Shown piece after piece: positions 1-9,528 of a stretch of DNA of 47,955 bases. This DNA comes from Candidatus Aenigmatarchaeota archaeon. Lineage in GTDB: Archaea > Aenigmatarchaeota > Aenigmatarchaeia > QMZS01. A program made the position numbers and the translations under genes. How positions within the stretch are numbered: position 1 is the first letter of the stretch; the number at the start of each line of letters is the position of its first letter. The DNA lies in assembly GCA_030600555.1 (NCBI GenBank), contig JAUVLW010000004.1:1-47955 (forward strand). The letters run 5' to 3'. The notes under the pieces are model-generated. The model did no database searches. It was not told where the DNA came from and saw only the letters and a list, made by a program, of their open reading frames with translations.

Positions 1-638
1 ACAGCCAGAATATTACACCCCCACTCGCTAGAGATATTTAACCTATACCTCTCCTCATTCCACTTCCCATCATGCCTCTGGCTTGTCCCGACTTCACTTG
101 AGTTGACAGGTGTATAAATCCTGATATAATTATCGACCCCGGTTGTCCACCCTTCAATTGTTACAGCTGTTGTATCAGCCCCATCTCCATAGCACGCAAT
201 ATTCAGAGTATAATTTCCCTCGGTTAAATTAGAAGTATTAAGATGTTCGGAATCATTTGCGCAAACACCCCCGTCTACCGCATCAACTGCATCATTAAGT
301 GAATTAAACGCCCGTGTAATATTATACACAACCAAATCAGAAACATCCGAAGGAACCGCGCCCCTGGCAGTCGTGACATTATAAGCAGAAGAATTAATCC
401 TTCCTGAAATAAAACTGATATTTTCTGCGTAGGTTATTTTGTCCCCGACCCCAATCTTGTCCGGCTGGGACACATTAAACACAGCCACTCCGCCATCAAT
501 ACTAACACTGGCAGGACCGTTCTTCAAATCAGAAATGTTGGTGCCAACAGAATAATAGACATCAGTCACAGCAAACGAAACCGAAGGCATCAAAAGAAAG
601 ACTAATATCAGAACTGCAATGAGGTTCTTCCTTGTCAT
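1..638 (-). CDS. Secreted/surface protein, N-terminal part (truncated by window start)
   Basis: Not in the ORF track. ATG at 638 opens MTRKNLIAVLILVFLLMPSVSFA (signal peptide) followed by VTDVYYSVG...; the frame stays open to position 1 and is rich in N-x-S/T sequons. Confidence 0.8.
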   Translation of the reverse strand, partial: MTRKNLIAVLILVFLLMPSVSFAVTDVYYSVGTNISDLKNGPASVSIDGGVAVFNVSQPDKIGVGDKITYAENISFISGRINSSAYNVTTARGAVPSDVSDLVVYNITRAFNSLNDAVDAVDGGVCANDSEHLNTSNLTEGNYTLNIACYGDGADTTAVTIEGWTTGVDNYIRIYTPVNSSEVGTSQRHDGKWNEERYRLNISSEWGCNILA

Positions 639-760
639 AATATTATTGTTAAATATCATTACCTTATTTTGGTTGATGTGGAACACTATGCAAAATTTTA
701 TTGCTATAACTATTTTTAAGGAACTTCAAAGAATTAAGATAAATTTAGATTTTAAATAAT

Positions 761-1453
761 CTACTTCTTTTTCTTACCAGTCCTTCTTGGAGCAATTGAA
801 CCAACTTTCTGTCCAGGTGGAGCGTTTCTTGCCACAGATGTTGATCTACCAGGATGCGTTTTACCTCCGTAAGGGTGGTCAACAGGGTTCATTTTACTTC
901 CTGAAGTTGTTGGGAAGTGATGTCCTCTTGATTTCATAAATCTCCATTTATTTCCAGCTTTTAAGAAAGGTTTTGTTGTTCTTGCAAAACCAGAAGGTTT
1001 TCCAATAATTGCCCTGCAATTTCCGCTTAATTTCTTCATTTTCTTTGATGGGAATTCAACAAAACAATAATCTTTTTCATGGGATTTTATAATTGCGAAA
1101 GAACCGGAAGATCTGCAGAATTTTCCACCATCTTTAAAAACTGATTCTATGCAATAAACTGAACTTCCATCAGGTATTTTTGATATTGGGACAATATTTC
1201 CAGCCACAATTTCAGCTTTTTCTGAAACTTCTATAATTTTATTAGTATATGTCCCAATTGGGGCAATAATCTGGCATCTTGTGCCATCCTCAAATTCTAA
1301 ATCAGCCACAGGGGAGTTGCATCCTGATATGTGCTGAATGTCCGTAACTTTAGCAGTTCCCTCTGTTTTTGGGAGTTTTAATTCTACTTTTCTTTGAGCA
1401 CGGTAAGTCATACTTCCCTTACCTCTCCTCCTAGCAATTATTCTCTTACCCAT
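761..1453 (-). CDS. rpl2: 50S ribosomal protein uL2 (archaeal)
   Basis: MGKRIIARRRGKG start, GGKFCRSSGS, MNPVDHPYGG and PPGQKVGSIAPRRTG motifs. Confidence 0.97.
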   Translation of the reverse strand: MGKRIIARRRGKGSMTYRAQRKVELKLPKTEGTAKVTDIQHISGCNSPVADLEFEDGTRCQIIAPIGTYTNKIIEVSEKAEIVAGNIVPISKIPDGSSVYCIESVFKDGGKFCRSSGSFAIIKSHEKDYCFVEFPSKKMKKLSGNCRAIIGKPSGFARTTKPFLKAGNKWRFMKSRGHHFPTTSGSKMNPVDHPYGGKTHPGRSTSVARNAPPGQKVGSIAPRRTGKKKK

Positions 1454-1566
1454 AAGCCTTTTATAAATTAAATAATTAAAAGGAACTCTTTAAAAGTTTT
1501 CGAAAAAAATGATGATTTATTCGAAAAACTAGCAGAGAGGATTATTTTTTTTATTAAATTCATATT

Positions 1567-2280
1567 ATGGAGGAAAAACTCACAATTTATCCCGTAGCAG
1601 CTTTGTTCAATGGCAGAGAAGCTCATTTTAATTCTCAAGTGGTTGAAAAGTTGGAGGGACTTGGATATACCACAAATTTCCCGCAGAGAGATGGGTTTGA
1701 GTTTGGCAATCTATCTGAAGCTCTTGCGGATTATCTTAATCCAGACCAGATTGGTCCTGCTGTGCAAAATGTTATTTATTTTCTTGACATGGGTGTTTTT
1801 GTGCCAAATAGCGATGTAATATTGGCGAATTTAGATGAACCTCTTGATGAAGGAGTTGTTGTTGAATTGTCTTACGCAAAAATGATGGATAAATTTACAA
1901 TTGGTTTGAGGACTGATGTGAGAGCTCCTTATGGTTCTCTGGAAAATAATTTAAAAGGTATGCATTTTTTCCCGGCTTATCAGTGCGATGAATTTATTTC
2001 GCATTATATGCCATCAAAAACTCCTGAAGAAAGAGAGCAACAAATGGAATCTCTTATTGAGAAAATACACCAGACAATTAAAGAAGCGGAGATTATTCCT
2101 AAGAAAGAATTGCCTGATTATGTAATCTCAAATCCAAATATAAATTCACTTCTGGAAGGGGCTGAATTATTATTCCAGGGAGTTCCGGATATTCATTCAC
2201 GGGAAGGTCTTAAAGAAATTGCTTCAAGATATTTGAATTATGAAACTGAATTAGGGGAGCTTGGACCTAAAATAAGATAA
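1567..2280 (+). CDS. Nucleoside 2-deoxyribosyltransferase / nucleotide N-hydrolase family protein
   Basis: IYPVAALFN...FPQRDG...D...SDVILANLDEPLDEGVVVELSYA matches the NDT/RCL fold, with the catalytic Glu present. Confidence 0.8.
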   Translation: MEEKLTIYPVAALFNGREAHFNSQVVEKLEGLGYTTNFPQRDGFEFGNLSEALADYLNPDQIGPAVQNVIYFLDMGVFVPNSDVILANLDEPLDEGVVVELSYAKMMDKFTIGLRTDVRAPYGSLENNLKGMHFFPAYQCDEFISHYMPSKTPEEREQQMESLIEKIHQTIKEAEIIPKKELPDYVISNPNINSLLEGAELLFQGVPDIHSREGLKEIASRYLNYETELGELGPKIR

Positions 2281-2285
2281 AAGAA

Positions 2286-2573
2286 TTATTCCAAACCAGT
2301 GCAAAATTTCTTTGCATCTTCTGCATCATTATGAAATTTATTTAGTTCAGGATAATCTTCAGCATTATAAGTTGTTGTATCATATTTATTATTTGAGATT
2401 CTTCCCCAGTTATTGCATTCAGTTCTTAGTTGTCCTTCAAGAATTATATCTTTTGCTGGAGGATTAAATCCTTCTCTCCAAAACAAGATAGTTGTTATAA
2501 GCACTAAAAGACACACTGCGATTATAATAACTGTTTCTATTGATAATGAAAGACCTTTTAACTTTACTTCCAT
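2286..2573 (-). CDS. Small class III signal-peptide (pilin-like) protein, paralog 1
   Basis: MEVKLKG/LSLSIETVIIIAV hydrophobic helix; start moved to ATG 2573; strong similarity to the adjacent gene. Confidence 0.75.
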   Translation of the reverse strand: MEVKLKGLSLSIETVIIIAVCLLVLITTILFWREGFNPPAKDIILEGQLRTECNNWGRISNNKYDTTTYNAEDYPELNKFHNDAEDAKKFCTGLE

Positions 2574-2747
2574 ATTTATCATTAATACCCAATGCAGAAT
2601 TTTCTTGCAGATATAACTCCTTCGTCTGTTGCTGGGTATTTAGTCTGTAAAGCAGGATAAACATTATTTTCATAGGTAGTAGCATCATGCTGGTATCCTG
2701 AATCCCTTCCCCATTCATTGCATTCAGTTCTTAGTTGTCCTTCAAGA
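2412..2747. repeat. 31-nt exact direct repeat shared by the tandem pilin paralogs
   Basis: attgcattcagttcttagttgtccttcaaga at 2412-2442 and 2717-2747. Confidence 0.9.
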
Positions 2748-2878
2748 GTTATCTCGCCGGCAGGACGATTAAAACCTCCACCGAAAAATAAGATTACTAT
2801 TATAAGAATCAAGATGCAAACAACAATAACCACAATTGTTTCTATTGGAAGTGACATACCTTTTAATTTGTTGTCCAT
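2582..2878 (-). CDS. Small class III signal-peptide (pilin-like) protein, paralog 2
   Basis: MDNKLKG/MSLPIETIVVIVV; shares LEGQLRTECN.WGR and A.KFC.G with paralog 1. Confidence 0.8.
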   Translation of the reverse strand: MDNKLKGMSLPIETIVVIVVCILILIIVILFFGGGFNRPAGEITLEGQLRTECNEWGRDSGYQHDATTYENNVYPALQTKYPATDEGVISARKFCIGY

Positions 2879-2906
2879 AATTACTTACTGTATCTAACTA
2901 TTTATT

Positions 2907-3551
2907 ATGAAGTTGAAAGGAATTAGTTTACCCGTAAATACTGTTGTTATACTTACTACGGCTATTTTAGTTCTTGTTCTGATAATTTATATGATTATTC
3001 AAGGTACTGATACAAGTGTGATTACTAACCAGGATGCTTTTAATAGAGGTTGCAGGGTTTATGTTGAAACAGGTCAGTTACCTTCAACTATTTTGCTTGG
3101 TGATGTAACTAAGGATGGCAAGGAAGATAATTTGTTAACTGTTTGCAGGTTGCATTACGCAGTTTCTGATATGGATGATGAAGGTTGTATGGAAAAATGC
3201 CAAAAAATATTTCCTTATGGTGAAATAGGCGGAACCGGCGGTAGTGGAGGAGGAACTTCAACAACTTGTCCTACTGGAGATGAAGCCAGAGATTATTGTT
3301 TTACTTCGGGAGTGGGGTCTTCATGTGGCGGTAACTGTTATTGCAGCAGCACAACTGCTTGTTCTCCATTTAAAAATGATGGAGCTACTTGCAATCATGA
3401 TTATGAATGCAAATCACCTTGTTGTAACATAGGGAGAGCTTGTAGTGCTGGTAAATCCAATGGAGTTGCTTGCACTACGCATTATGAATGCAAATCCAAT
3501 GAGTGCAATAGTGCAGGTGTATGTGAAGGCACTGAAACCTGTCGCCCATAG
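2907..3551 (+). CDS. Class III signal-peptide protein with Gly/Thr linker and Cys-rich repeats (minor pilin/adhesin-like)
   Basis: MKLKG/ISLPVNTVV; GDVTKDGKED Ca-loop-like segment; GGTGGSGGG linker; two G..C...YECKS..C repeats. Confidence 0.75.
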   Translation: MKLKGISLPVNTVVILTTAILVLVLIIYMIIQGTDTSVITNQDAFNRGCRVYVETGQLPSTILLGDVTKDGKEDNLLTVCRLHYAVSDMDDEGCMEKCQKIFPYGEIGGTGGSGGGTSTTCPTGDEARDYCFTSGVGSSCGGNCYCSSTTACSPFKNDGATCNHDYECKSPCCNIGRACSAGKSNGVACTTHYECKSNECNSAGVCEGTETCRP

Positions 3552-3579
3552 ATATTAAGTATCTTTTTTAAATTGATTT

Positions 3580-5457
3580 ATGAGACTCTTATTACTTCAC
3601 TCAAATAAACTTGAATATAAAGCCACAAAAAAGGCATTAAAAGATATTGAGATTTCTGGGGAAATGGAGAGGAAAGTCGGGCAATGTCTTGTGGTTTTCT
3701 GGACTGCTGAGGAGACTGATACAAATGCTGAAAAAATTGCGGAGAATTCTTTTCAGGAGATAAAAAAAGTTGCTGAGCAGGTAAATGAGAAAACAATAGT
3801 TCTTTATCCTTATGTTCATCTATTATTCGGGAGCAAACCGGCTTCGAAAGGAACAGCCCTTGAGATTGAAAAGAAACTCGAGGAAAAGTTAAAAAAAGAA
3901 TTTGAATTCTATAAAGCCCCTTTTGGTTATTACAAAAGTTTCGGAATTGAATGCAAAGGACATCCATTGGCAGAACTTAGCAGAGTTGTAACAGCCGAAA
4001 AAGAAGTTGAAAAAAAGGAAAAGAAGGGAAGCGAATTTACAAGATTTGTTCTTGCGGATGCTGACGGAAAAACTTATGAAATCACAGAAAAGAACTGGAA
4101 AGACTGCGATATTTTTAAATCCGAGGATAACAAAATAAAAATACTTCGGCAGTTTGTAAAAAATGAACTTGAAGGGAAAGAGAAGAAAGGAGAGCCAAAA
4201 CATATTGAGTTAATGAGGAAATTAGAGCTTGTTGATTACTGCGATGTTTCTGACTCAGGGCATTTTAAGTGGTACCCAAAAGGTTGTTTGATTCAGGATT
4301 TAATTTTGGATTACGCTTACCAACTTGCGAGAGAATGGGGCGCAGTTAAAATGAAAAATCCTCTGTTGATAAGAAGCGACCATAATGAAGTTGGTCAGTT
4401 GATGAATGAATTTCATGAAAGAGATTATTGGGTGATGGGAGGAAAGGATAAATTCTTATTAAGATACGCATCTGACCCACTGGGATTCCCGTTTATGCAA
4501 AAAATTAATTTTAGCTATAAGCAATCGCCGTTGAAAGTTTATGAAGAGGCAACCTGCTTTCGAAGGGAACAGAAAGGCGAACTTTCAGGATTGCAGAGGG
4601 TGAGAAATTTCCTGATGACTGATATGCACGCGGCATGTTCTTCTGTTGAAGAAGCAAAAAAGGAATTTGTTTACCTGTGCGATAAATTTGCTGGTCTTAT
4701 GGATGATGTTATTGCAAATGGCCGGTGGGTGCTTGGATGGGAAGGCACAGTTGATTTTTATGAAGAAAACAAAGAATGGTTAATTGATATAAACAAGAAA
4801 ATGAAGGTCCCCGCATTTTTCAAATTGATGCCGGAAATGAGCCACTATTATGCGATTAAAAATGAATACCAGACAATTTCAGAGCAGGGCGCAAATATAC
4901 AGGTTTCAACAGTGCAGTGGGATGTTAAAGATGGGGAACGATTTGGAATCGGTTATATTGATGAGAAAGGAACCAAGAAAAACTGTCCTGTAATTCTCCA
5001 CGCTTCTTCATTCGGAAGCATAGAACGGACTATTGCAAGTCTGCTTGAAAATTGCGTTATAACTCAAAAAGAAGAATGTAAGAATCCAATTCTTCCTTTA
5101 TGGCTTTCGCCATCGCAGGTAAGACTATGTCCTGTTTCTGACCAGTATATTGATTTTGCAAATGAACTTGCGGATAAATTAGAGAAAGATAATATCCGGG
5201 TTGAAGTTGATGACAGAACAGAAAGCGTTCAGAAAAAAGTAAGGGATGCGGAAGTTGACTGGGTGCCTATGAGCATTGTTTTGGGGGAAAAAGAAATGAA
5301 CGGTGAATTGCCCGTAAGATTTAGGGAATCTAGAGAAGTTAAGAAAATGAACTATGAGGATTTAATTGCTTATGTTAGAAAAGAAACAGAAGGAATGCCT
5401 TTCAGACCATTGCCGATTCAAAGAGAAGTTTCAAAGCAGATAACTTTTGTTGGATAG
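3580..5457 (+). CDS. thrS: Threonyl-tRNA synthetase, archaeal type with N-terminal editing domain
   Basis: MRLLLLHS, LYPYVHL, APFGYYKSF.I.CKGHPLAELSR, FRREQKGEL.GL.RVR.F, GSIER, LPLWLSPSQVR. Confidence 0.97.
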   Translation: MRLLLLHSNKLEYKATKKALKDIEISGEMERKVGQCLVVFWTAEETDTNAEKIAENSFQEIKKVAEQVNEKTIVLYPYVHLLFGSKPASKGTALEIEKKLEEKLKKEFEFYKAPFGYYKSFGIECKGHPLAELSRVVTAEKEVEKKEKKGSEFTRFVLADADGKTYEITEKNWKDCDIFKSEDNKIKILRQFVKNELEGKEKKGEPKHIELMRKLELVDYCDVSDSGHFKWYPKGCLIQDLILDYAYQLAREWGAVKMKNPLLIRSDHNEVGQLMNEFHERDYWVMGGKDKFLLRYASDPLGFPFMQKINFSYKQSPLKVYEEATCFRREQKGELSGLQRVRNFLMTDMHAACSSVEEAKKEFVYLCDKFAGLMDDVIANGRWVLGWEGTVDFYEENKEWLIDINKKMKVPAFFKLMPEMSHYYAIKNEYQTISEQGANIQVSTVQWDVKDGERFGIGYIDEKGTKKNCPVILHASSFGSIERTIASLLENCVITQKEECKNPILPLWLSPSQVRLCPVSDQYIDFANELADKLEKDNIRVEVDDRTESVQKKVRDAEVDWVPMSIVLGEKEMNGELPVRFRESREVKKMNYEDLIAYVRKETEGMPFRPLPIQREVSKQITFVG

Positions 5458-5540
5458 ATTGAATTAAGAGTGATTAAATTAATATTAAATATATGCCAGA
5501 ATAACAAATTAAACCAAATAATTTTATAAATTATAATCAA

Positions 5541-8500
5541 TTATTTATCAGGATGTCCTGGTGGTTTATTTAGAGGAACCTTTTCTTTAATTGTTTGAGT
5601 TGCTTTTCTTAGTCTTCCTTCAATGGATTCCAGTCTTGTTTTTGCCATCTCAATTAAACCCATATTTGCGTCTTGCTTTGCAAGACCAATTTCTTTTTCT
5701 GAACGGGCTGTATTGATTCCCTGTATTTTCAGTTCTTTTATTTTGTCTTTAATGTCCTCAAATTTCTTGGTTAAGTCATCGGTCTCAGGTTCTCTGGTTG
5801 ATTTAAAATACATAAATATCGCCGCTCCCCCAATCACAAAAACAAGAGCAACAACCAACATAATTATTAAGGACATATCCACAGGATTTTTTGAACTGTT
5901 GCAATCCAGCAAAGTGCTGTTGCATCCAAGGTCGCATATTTTGGATGTTTTCCAGGAATTATTTGCGCATATTTGCAGATTATCCCCACTGCATCTTTTT
6001 TCTTCTCCTTCGCAGTCAAGTGGCCTTGATATACATTCAAAGTTAACCGGGCTGCAGGCATAATCACAGGTTTCACTGGTAATCCACGCATTGTTAACGC
6101 ATGCTTGCGATTGCTTTCCCATGCATCTTTTTTGATATTCTTCGCATATAAGAGCAATTATTGTATAACTTCTGGATTCCAATGCATAATTACCAGCATC
6201 GTCTGTTGCTGTGCATGTTGCTGTTTGTTCCCCGGCGGTTAATGAATCCCATCCTGAAACAAAACCATTAAATGAACCTTTTAGATTATCATTTGCAATG
6301 CAGAGGGGAAGAAAATTACTTCCAAAATCATATTCTCCCAGCATTTCAAAAGAAGTTATAACCGGCGGAACTGTATCCATTATAAGATTTTCTGAGACAT
6401 ACTCGTTTTTGAACCCATTTTTATCATAAAAAGTTGCGGAAATTGTATAGATTCCATCTTCATAAGCCGATAAATTTACAAGAAAAGTTCCGTTTTTGGT
6501 GATGGTTATATTTTCTATTGTGTCTGTTAAATTGCTCAGGATTATCCTAACATAATCCATAGTTTTGTTATCCAGTACGCTTATACTTGAGGTAATATTA
6601 TAATTGTTCAAATAAGAATTGCTTAAAGGATAATTAATTAATATTTTATAGGTGCTGGATAATAGATTAATTGTTCTTGTGTTTATTAATTCTTTATTCT
6701 CTGATTTATCCGTGCTATAATATCTTATATAACTTGTTCCTTCAGATCCTATAAAAATTGATTCTGAATATACTGAATCCGGCACGCACGTGTTATTTAA
6801 ATCCAGGCAGTAAAAAGTTTTGTTGCAATTTAAACGCAAGTCAGAACAACTTAAATTTATTTCCACATAATCTGCATTTGTCCAGTCCCCAAAATTATAA
6901 GAATTTCCTGAATCTTCTGTTCCGCTTATGTTCGTATTCGGAGCTTCCAAATCAGGAACAAATTTATTGCTTAGTGGAAGGTTATCTTCATTATTTTTGT
7001 CTTCGGTAATTTCATATTCCTCATCGCAAAACCCATCCATATCAGAATCCTCGCAATAATCTGAATATCCTTGTCCGGTTAGATTTGCCCAGTAATTCCC
7101 GCTTATACAGGTCCCTGTAGAATATATTCTAACCCCTTCCTGCTTATTTATGTTCCAGGTATTAGGGTGGATAGTTCCGTAAAATTCCAGATTATTTGTG
7201 TTATTGAACATATTGTTATAAATATTATTATCTGATGATGCGCTGAAAAACATACCTATAATATTATTAAAAAATGTTGAATTTGTGATTTCGCTTTTTG
7301 AAGCTGATTCCAGCAACAGACCATAGTCCCATCCATTAACAATGCAATTTCTTATATTTGTGTTATCAATCCCGTTTAAATAAATTCCTGAGGTGTAACT
7401 TCCCCCTGAACAATAAATTGTGTGTTTCATGCAGTCAAAGGTTATGTTGTCTGCCTGAATATTTATGCAACTTGCTGTTTCTGAATTGGTTATATCTCTT
7501 GTTAGATAATATTTTCCTCCAGGTAAATCCAGATTGGAACACTCAGTCACCCCAATTGGAGTTAAGATTTGGAATACTGTTGTTGAATTTGAATTATCGC
7601 TCAAATCATAGGCGATGGCTGTAATATTATAATACCCCCCGACAGAAACACTTAAATTAACCGTAACTGTTCCGCTATCATAGGTGATTGTGTAATTTTC
7701 CGCCTGACTATTTTTTCCTATTGATATGTTTGTGTAATGCAGGGTTGAATCCTGAACCTCAATTGTAATTTCTAAAATGAATTTATGGAAAATTTGATTG
7801 TCAGAAGGTGAAATTATTTTTAGTTCCGGCGATACAGTATCAGGAACATATTCATCGCTTAGTGGAATGGAATCTATATTGGAAGGATTATCTCCAAAAA
7901 AATTGTCGAGATTATAACCCACATCGCAAAATCCATCTTTATTGTTGTCTGCGCAGGTTTCTGAGTACCCGGTTCTGGCTGGAGTTGCCCAGTAATTTCC
8001 TCCCATATAATTTCCTTCAGAACAGATTCTAGCGCCTTTTTGTTTTGTGGTGTTCCAAAAATTGTTTGAGCCCGTCCCATAAAAGTTTATATTGTTTGTG
8101 TTGTTGAGTAAATTGTTATAAATTTTGTTGTTGTTGGAATACCCAATTTTAATTCCATAATAATTGTTGCTTAGGATATTGTTTTTAAGAATGTTATTTG
8201 AAGATACTGAGAAATGAATTCCCGCTTCGCCGCAGGAGGATATTGTTGTGTTTTCTATACCCCCGTTGTTGGAACCTTCATAATGAATTCCTTTTCCCCA
8301 TCCCTCCAAAACACAGTCTTTTATAATTGTGTTGTATTTGTTTGAATAAATCCCTGTTGTTCCGTTTCCTGAAATTTTGTATCCCTGACAATTAATTGTT
8401 ATTCCGGTTGCAGTGACTTTTAGGCATATATCAGAACTCATATCTGTAATGTCGCCGGTTAAATTATATTCCCCATTTGTATCTCCGAGAAGCGAACAGG

Positions 8501-8594
8501 AGGTTACATTAATTGCAAATACTGGAGAACCTAAGAATAAAATCCCTATAAATAAGAGAAAAGTTTTAAGTAAATTGCCAAATACCCGACTCAT
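5541..8594 (-). CDS. Large membrane-anchored surface protein with two NosD/CASH parallel beta-helix modules, Ig-like and Cys-rich repeats
   Basis: Signal peptide; duplicated module (VT.CS.L...Y.LT.DIT...GNYWA...GYS..C.D...DGFCD); C-terminal TM helix and coiled tail. Confidence 0.8.
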   Translation of the reverse strand: MSRVFGNLLKTFLLFIGILFLGSPVFAINVTSCSLLGDTNGEYNLTGDITDMSSDICLKVTATGITINCQGYKISGNGTTGIYSNKYNTIIKDCVLEGWGKGIHYEGSNNGGIENTTISSCGEAGIHFSVSSNNILKNNILSNNYYGIKIGYSNNNKIYNNLLNNTNNINFYGTGSNNFWNTTKQKGARICSEGNYMGGNYWATPARTGYSETCADNNKDGFCDVGYNLDNFFGDNPSNIDSIPLSDEYVPDTVSPELKIISPSDNQIFHKFILEITIEVQDSTLHYTNISIGKNSQAENYTITYDSGTVTVNLSVSVGGYYNITAIAYDLSDNSNSTTVFQILTPIGVTECSNLDLPGGKYYLTRDITNSETASCINIQADNITFDCMKHTIYCSGGSYTSGIYLNGIDNTNIRNCIVNGWDYGLLLESASKSEITNSTFFNNIIGMFFSASSDNNIYNNMFNNTNNLEFYGTIHPNTWNINKQEGVRIYSTGTCISGNYWANLTGQGYSDYCEDSDMDGFCDEEYEITEDKNNEDNLPLSNKFVPDLEAPNTNISGTEDSGNSYNFGDWTNADYVEINLSCSDLRLNCNKTFYCLDLNNTCVPDSVYSESIFIGSEGTSYIRYYSTDKSENKELINTRTINLLSSTYKILINYPLSNSYLNNYNITSSISVLDNKTMDYVRIILSNLTDTIENITITKNGTFLVNLSAYEDGIYTISATFYDKNGFKNEYVSENLIMDTVPPVITSFEMLGEYDFGSNFLPLCIANDNLKGSFNGFVSGWDSLTAGEQTATCTATDDAGNYALESRSYTIIALICEEYQKRCMGKQSQACVNNAWITSETCDYACSPVNFECISRPLDCEGEEKRCSGDNLQICANNSWKTSKICDLGCNSTLLDCNSSKNPVDMSLIIMLVVALVFVIGGAAIFMYFKSTREPETDDLTKKFEDIKDKIKELKIQGINTARSEKEIGLAKQDANMGLIEMAKTRLESIEGRLRKATQTIKEKVPLNKPPGHPDK

Positions 8595-8646
8595 ATATAC
8601 ATTACATTAGATAAATAGGGTTTCTTTAAAAAATTTATTATTATTT

Positions 8647-8880
8647 ATGGCAACAAAGAAAGCAAATGCGGCAGGAAAATTTGGAGCAAGATACGGGAAA
8701 AAACTGAGAGTAATTTACAACAAAGTATTTGAAACCTCAAAAAAACAGCATAACTGTCCGATTTGCGCAAGAGAAGAAACTGTGAGAAGAACCTCTTTCG
8801 GAATCTGGGAATGCAAAAACTGCAAAACTAAATTTGCGAGCGGGGCTTATGAATTCAAAAAAGCTGATTTTAAGAAATAA
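8647..8880 (+). CDS. rpl37ae: 50S ribosomal protein eL43 (L37Ae)
   Basis: AGKFGARYG..LR, CPIC...GIWECKNC...FASGAY. Confidence 0.96.
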   Translation: MATKKANAAGKFGARYGKKLRVIYNKVFETSKKQHNCPICAREETVRRTSFGIWECKNCKTKFASGAYEFKKADFKK

Positions 8881-8942
8881 TAGTTTTAATAATGCGGATT
8901 TTGATAAACCAAAAATTAATCTATAATTATACTTAATAAATT

Positions 8943-9128
8943 ATGGAAAAAAATGATTTTGTTTTAGAAAGATTACTTGCAAGTTTATTTGGTGTTTGTG
9001 TAACACTGGCAATTCTTCCAGTTTTTCAGGAACTTAATGAGATTATCCCTTTGCAGGAAATAGGTTTTGTTGCTGGAATTATTATTCTTGTTGGGATGTG
9101 CGTTGTTTCCGGGAAGAAAAATAAGTGA
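8943..9128 (+). CDS. Small two-TM membrane protein
   Basis: Two hydrophobic segments; AT-rich promoter-like upstream region. Confidence 0.6.
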   Translation: MEKNDFVLERLLASLFGVCVTLAILPVFQELNEIIPLQEIGFVAGIIILVGMCVVSGKKNK

Positions 9129-9135
9129 TTTGGTT

Positions 9136-9375
9136 TTAGGAATATATTCTTTGAGTACAATTTGTTTTTAAATTAATAATCCATGATTCATATTCTTCAG
9201 AAGAAAACATAGTTCTTTCACATTTCCCAATTCCAACCCCATATTCTTCACCTACACTATTTTTTATTTTATAGAAATCCATTTTATGAATCTTTTCATT
9301 CTCTGGTGAAGCAAATATATTTGGTGAAATTAAAATCTCTTGTCCGGTTTTCAAAGTTGATATTACATCTTCCAT
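9136..9375 (-). CDS. Hypothetical protein (possibly extends to an ATT at 9480)
   Basis: ORF track; the frame stays open upstream to 9489. Confidence 0.5.
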   Translation of the reverse strand: MEDVISTLKTGQEILISPNIFASPENEKIHKMDFYKIKNSVGEEYGVGIGKCERTMFSSEEYESWIINLKTNCTQRIYS

Positions 9376-9528
9376 TTCCTTCAGAGTCTTATGACCTAAA
9401 TATTCTAATGCCGCAGATAAAGCAACATTATAATCGCCTAATTTTAATTTTTGTTCAATTGAAGATTCTTTGACCCCAATATTTTTAAATTAATAAATAA
9501 TTGAGATTCTTAATTAATAGTGAATTAA

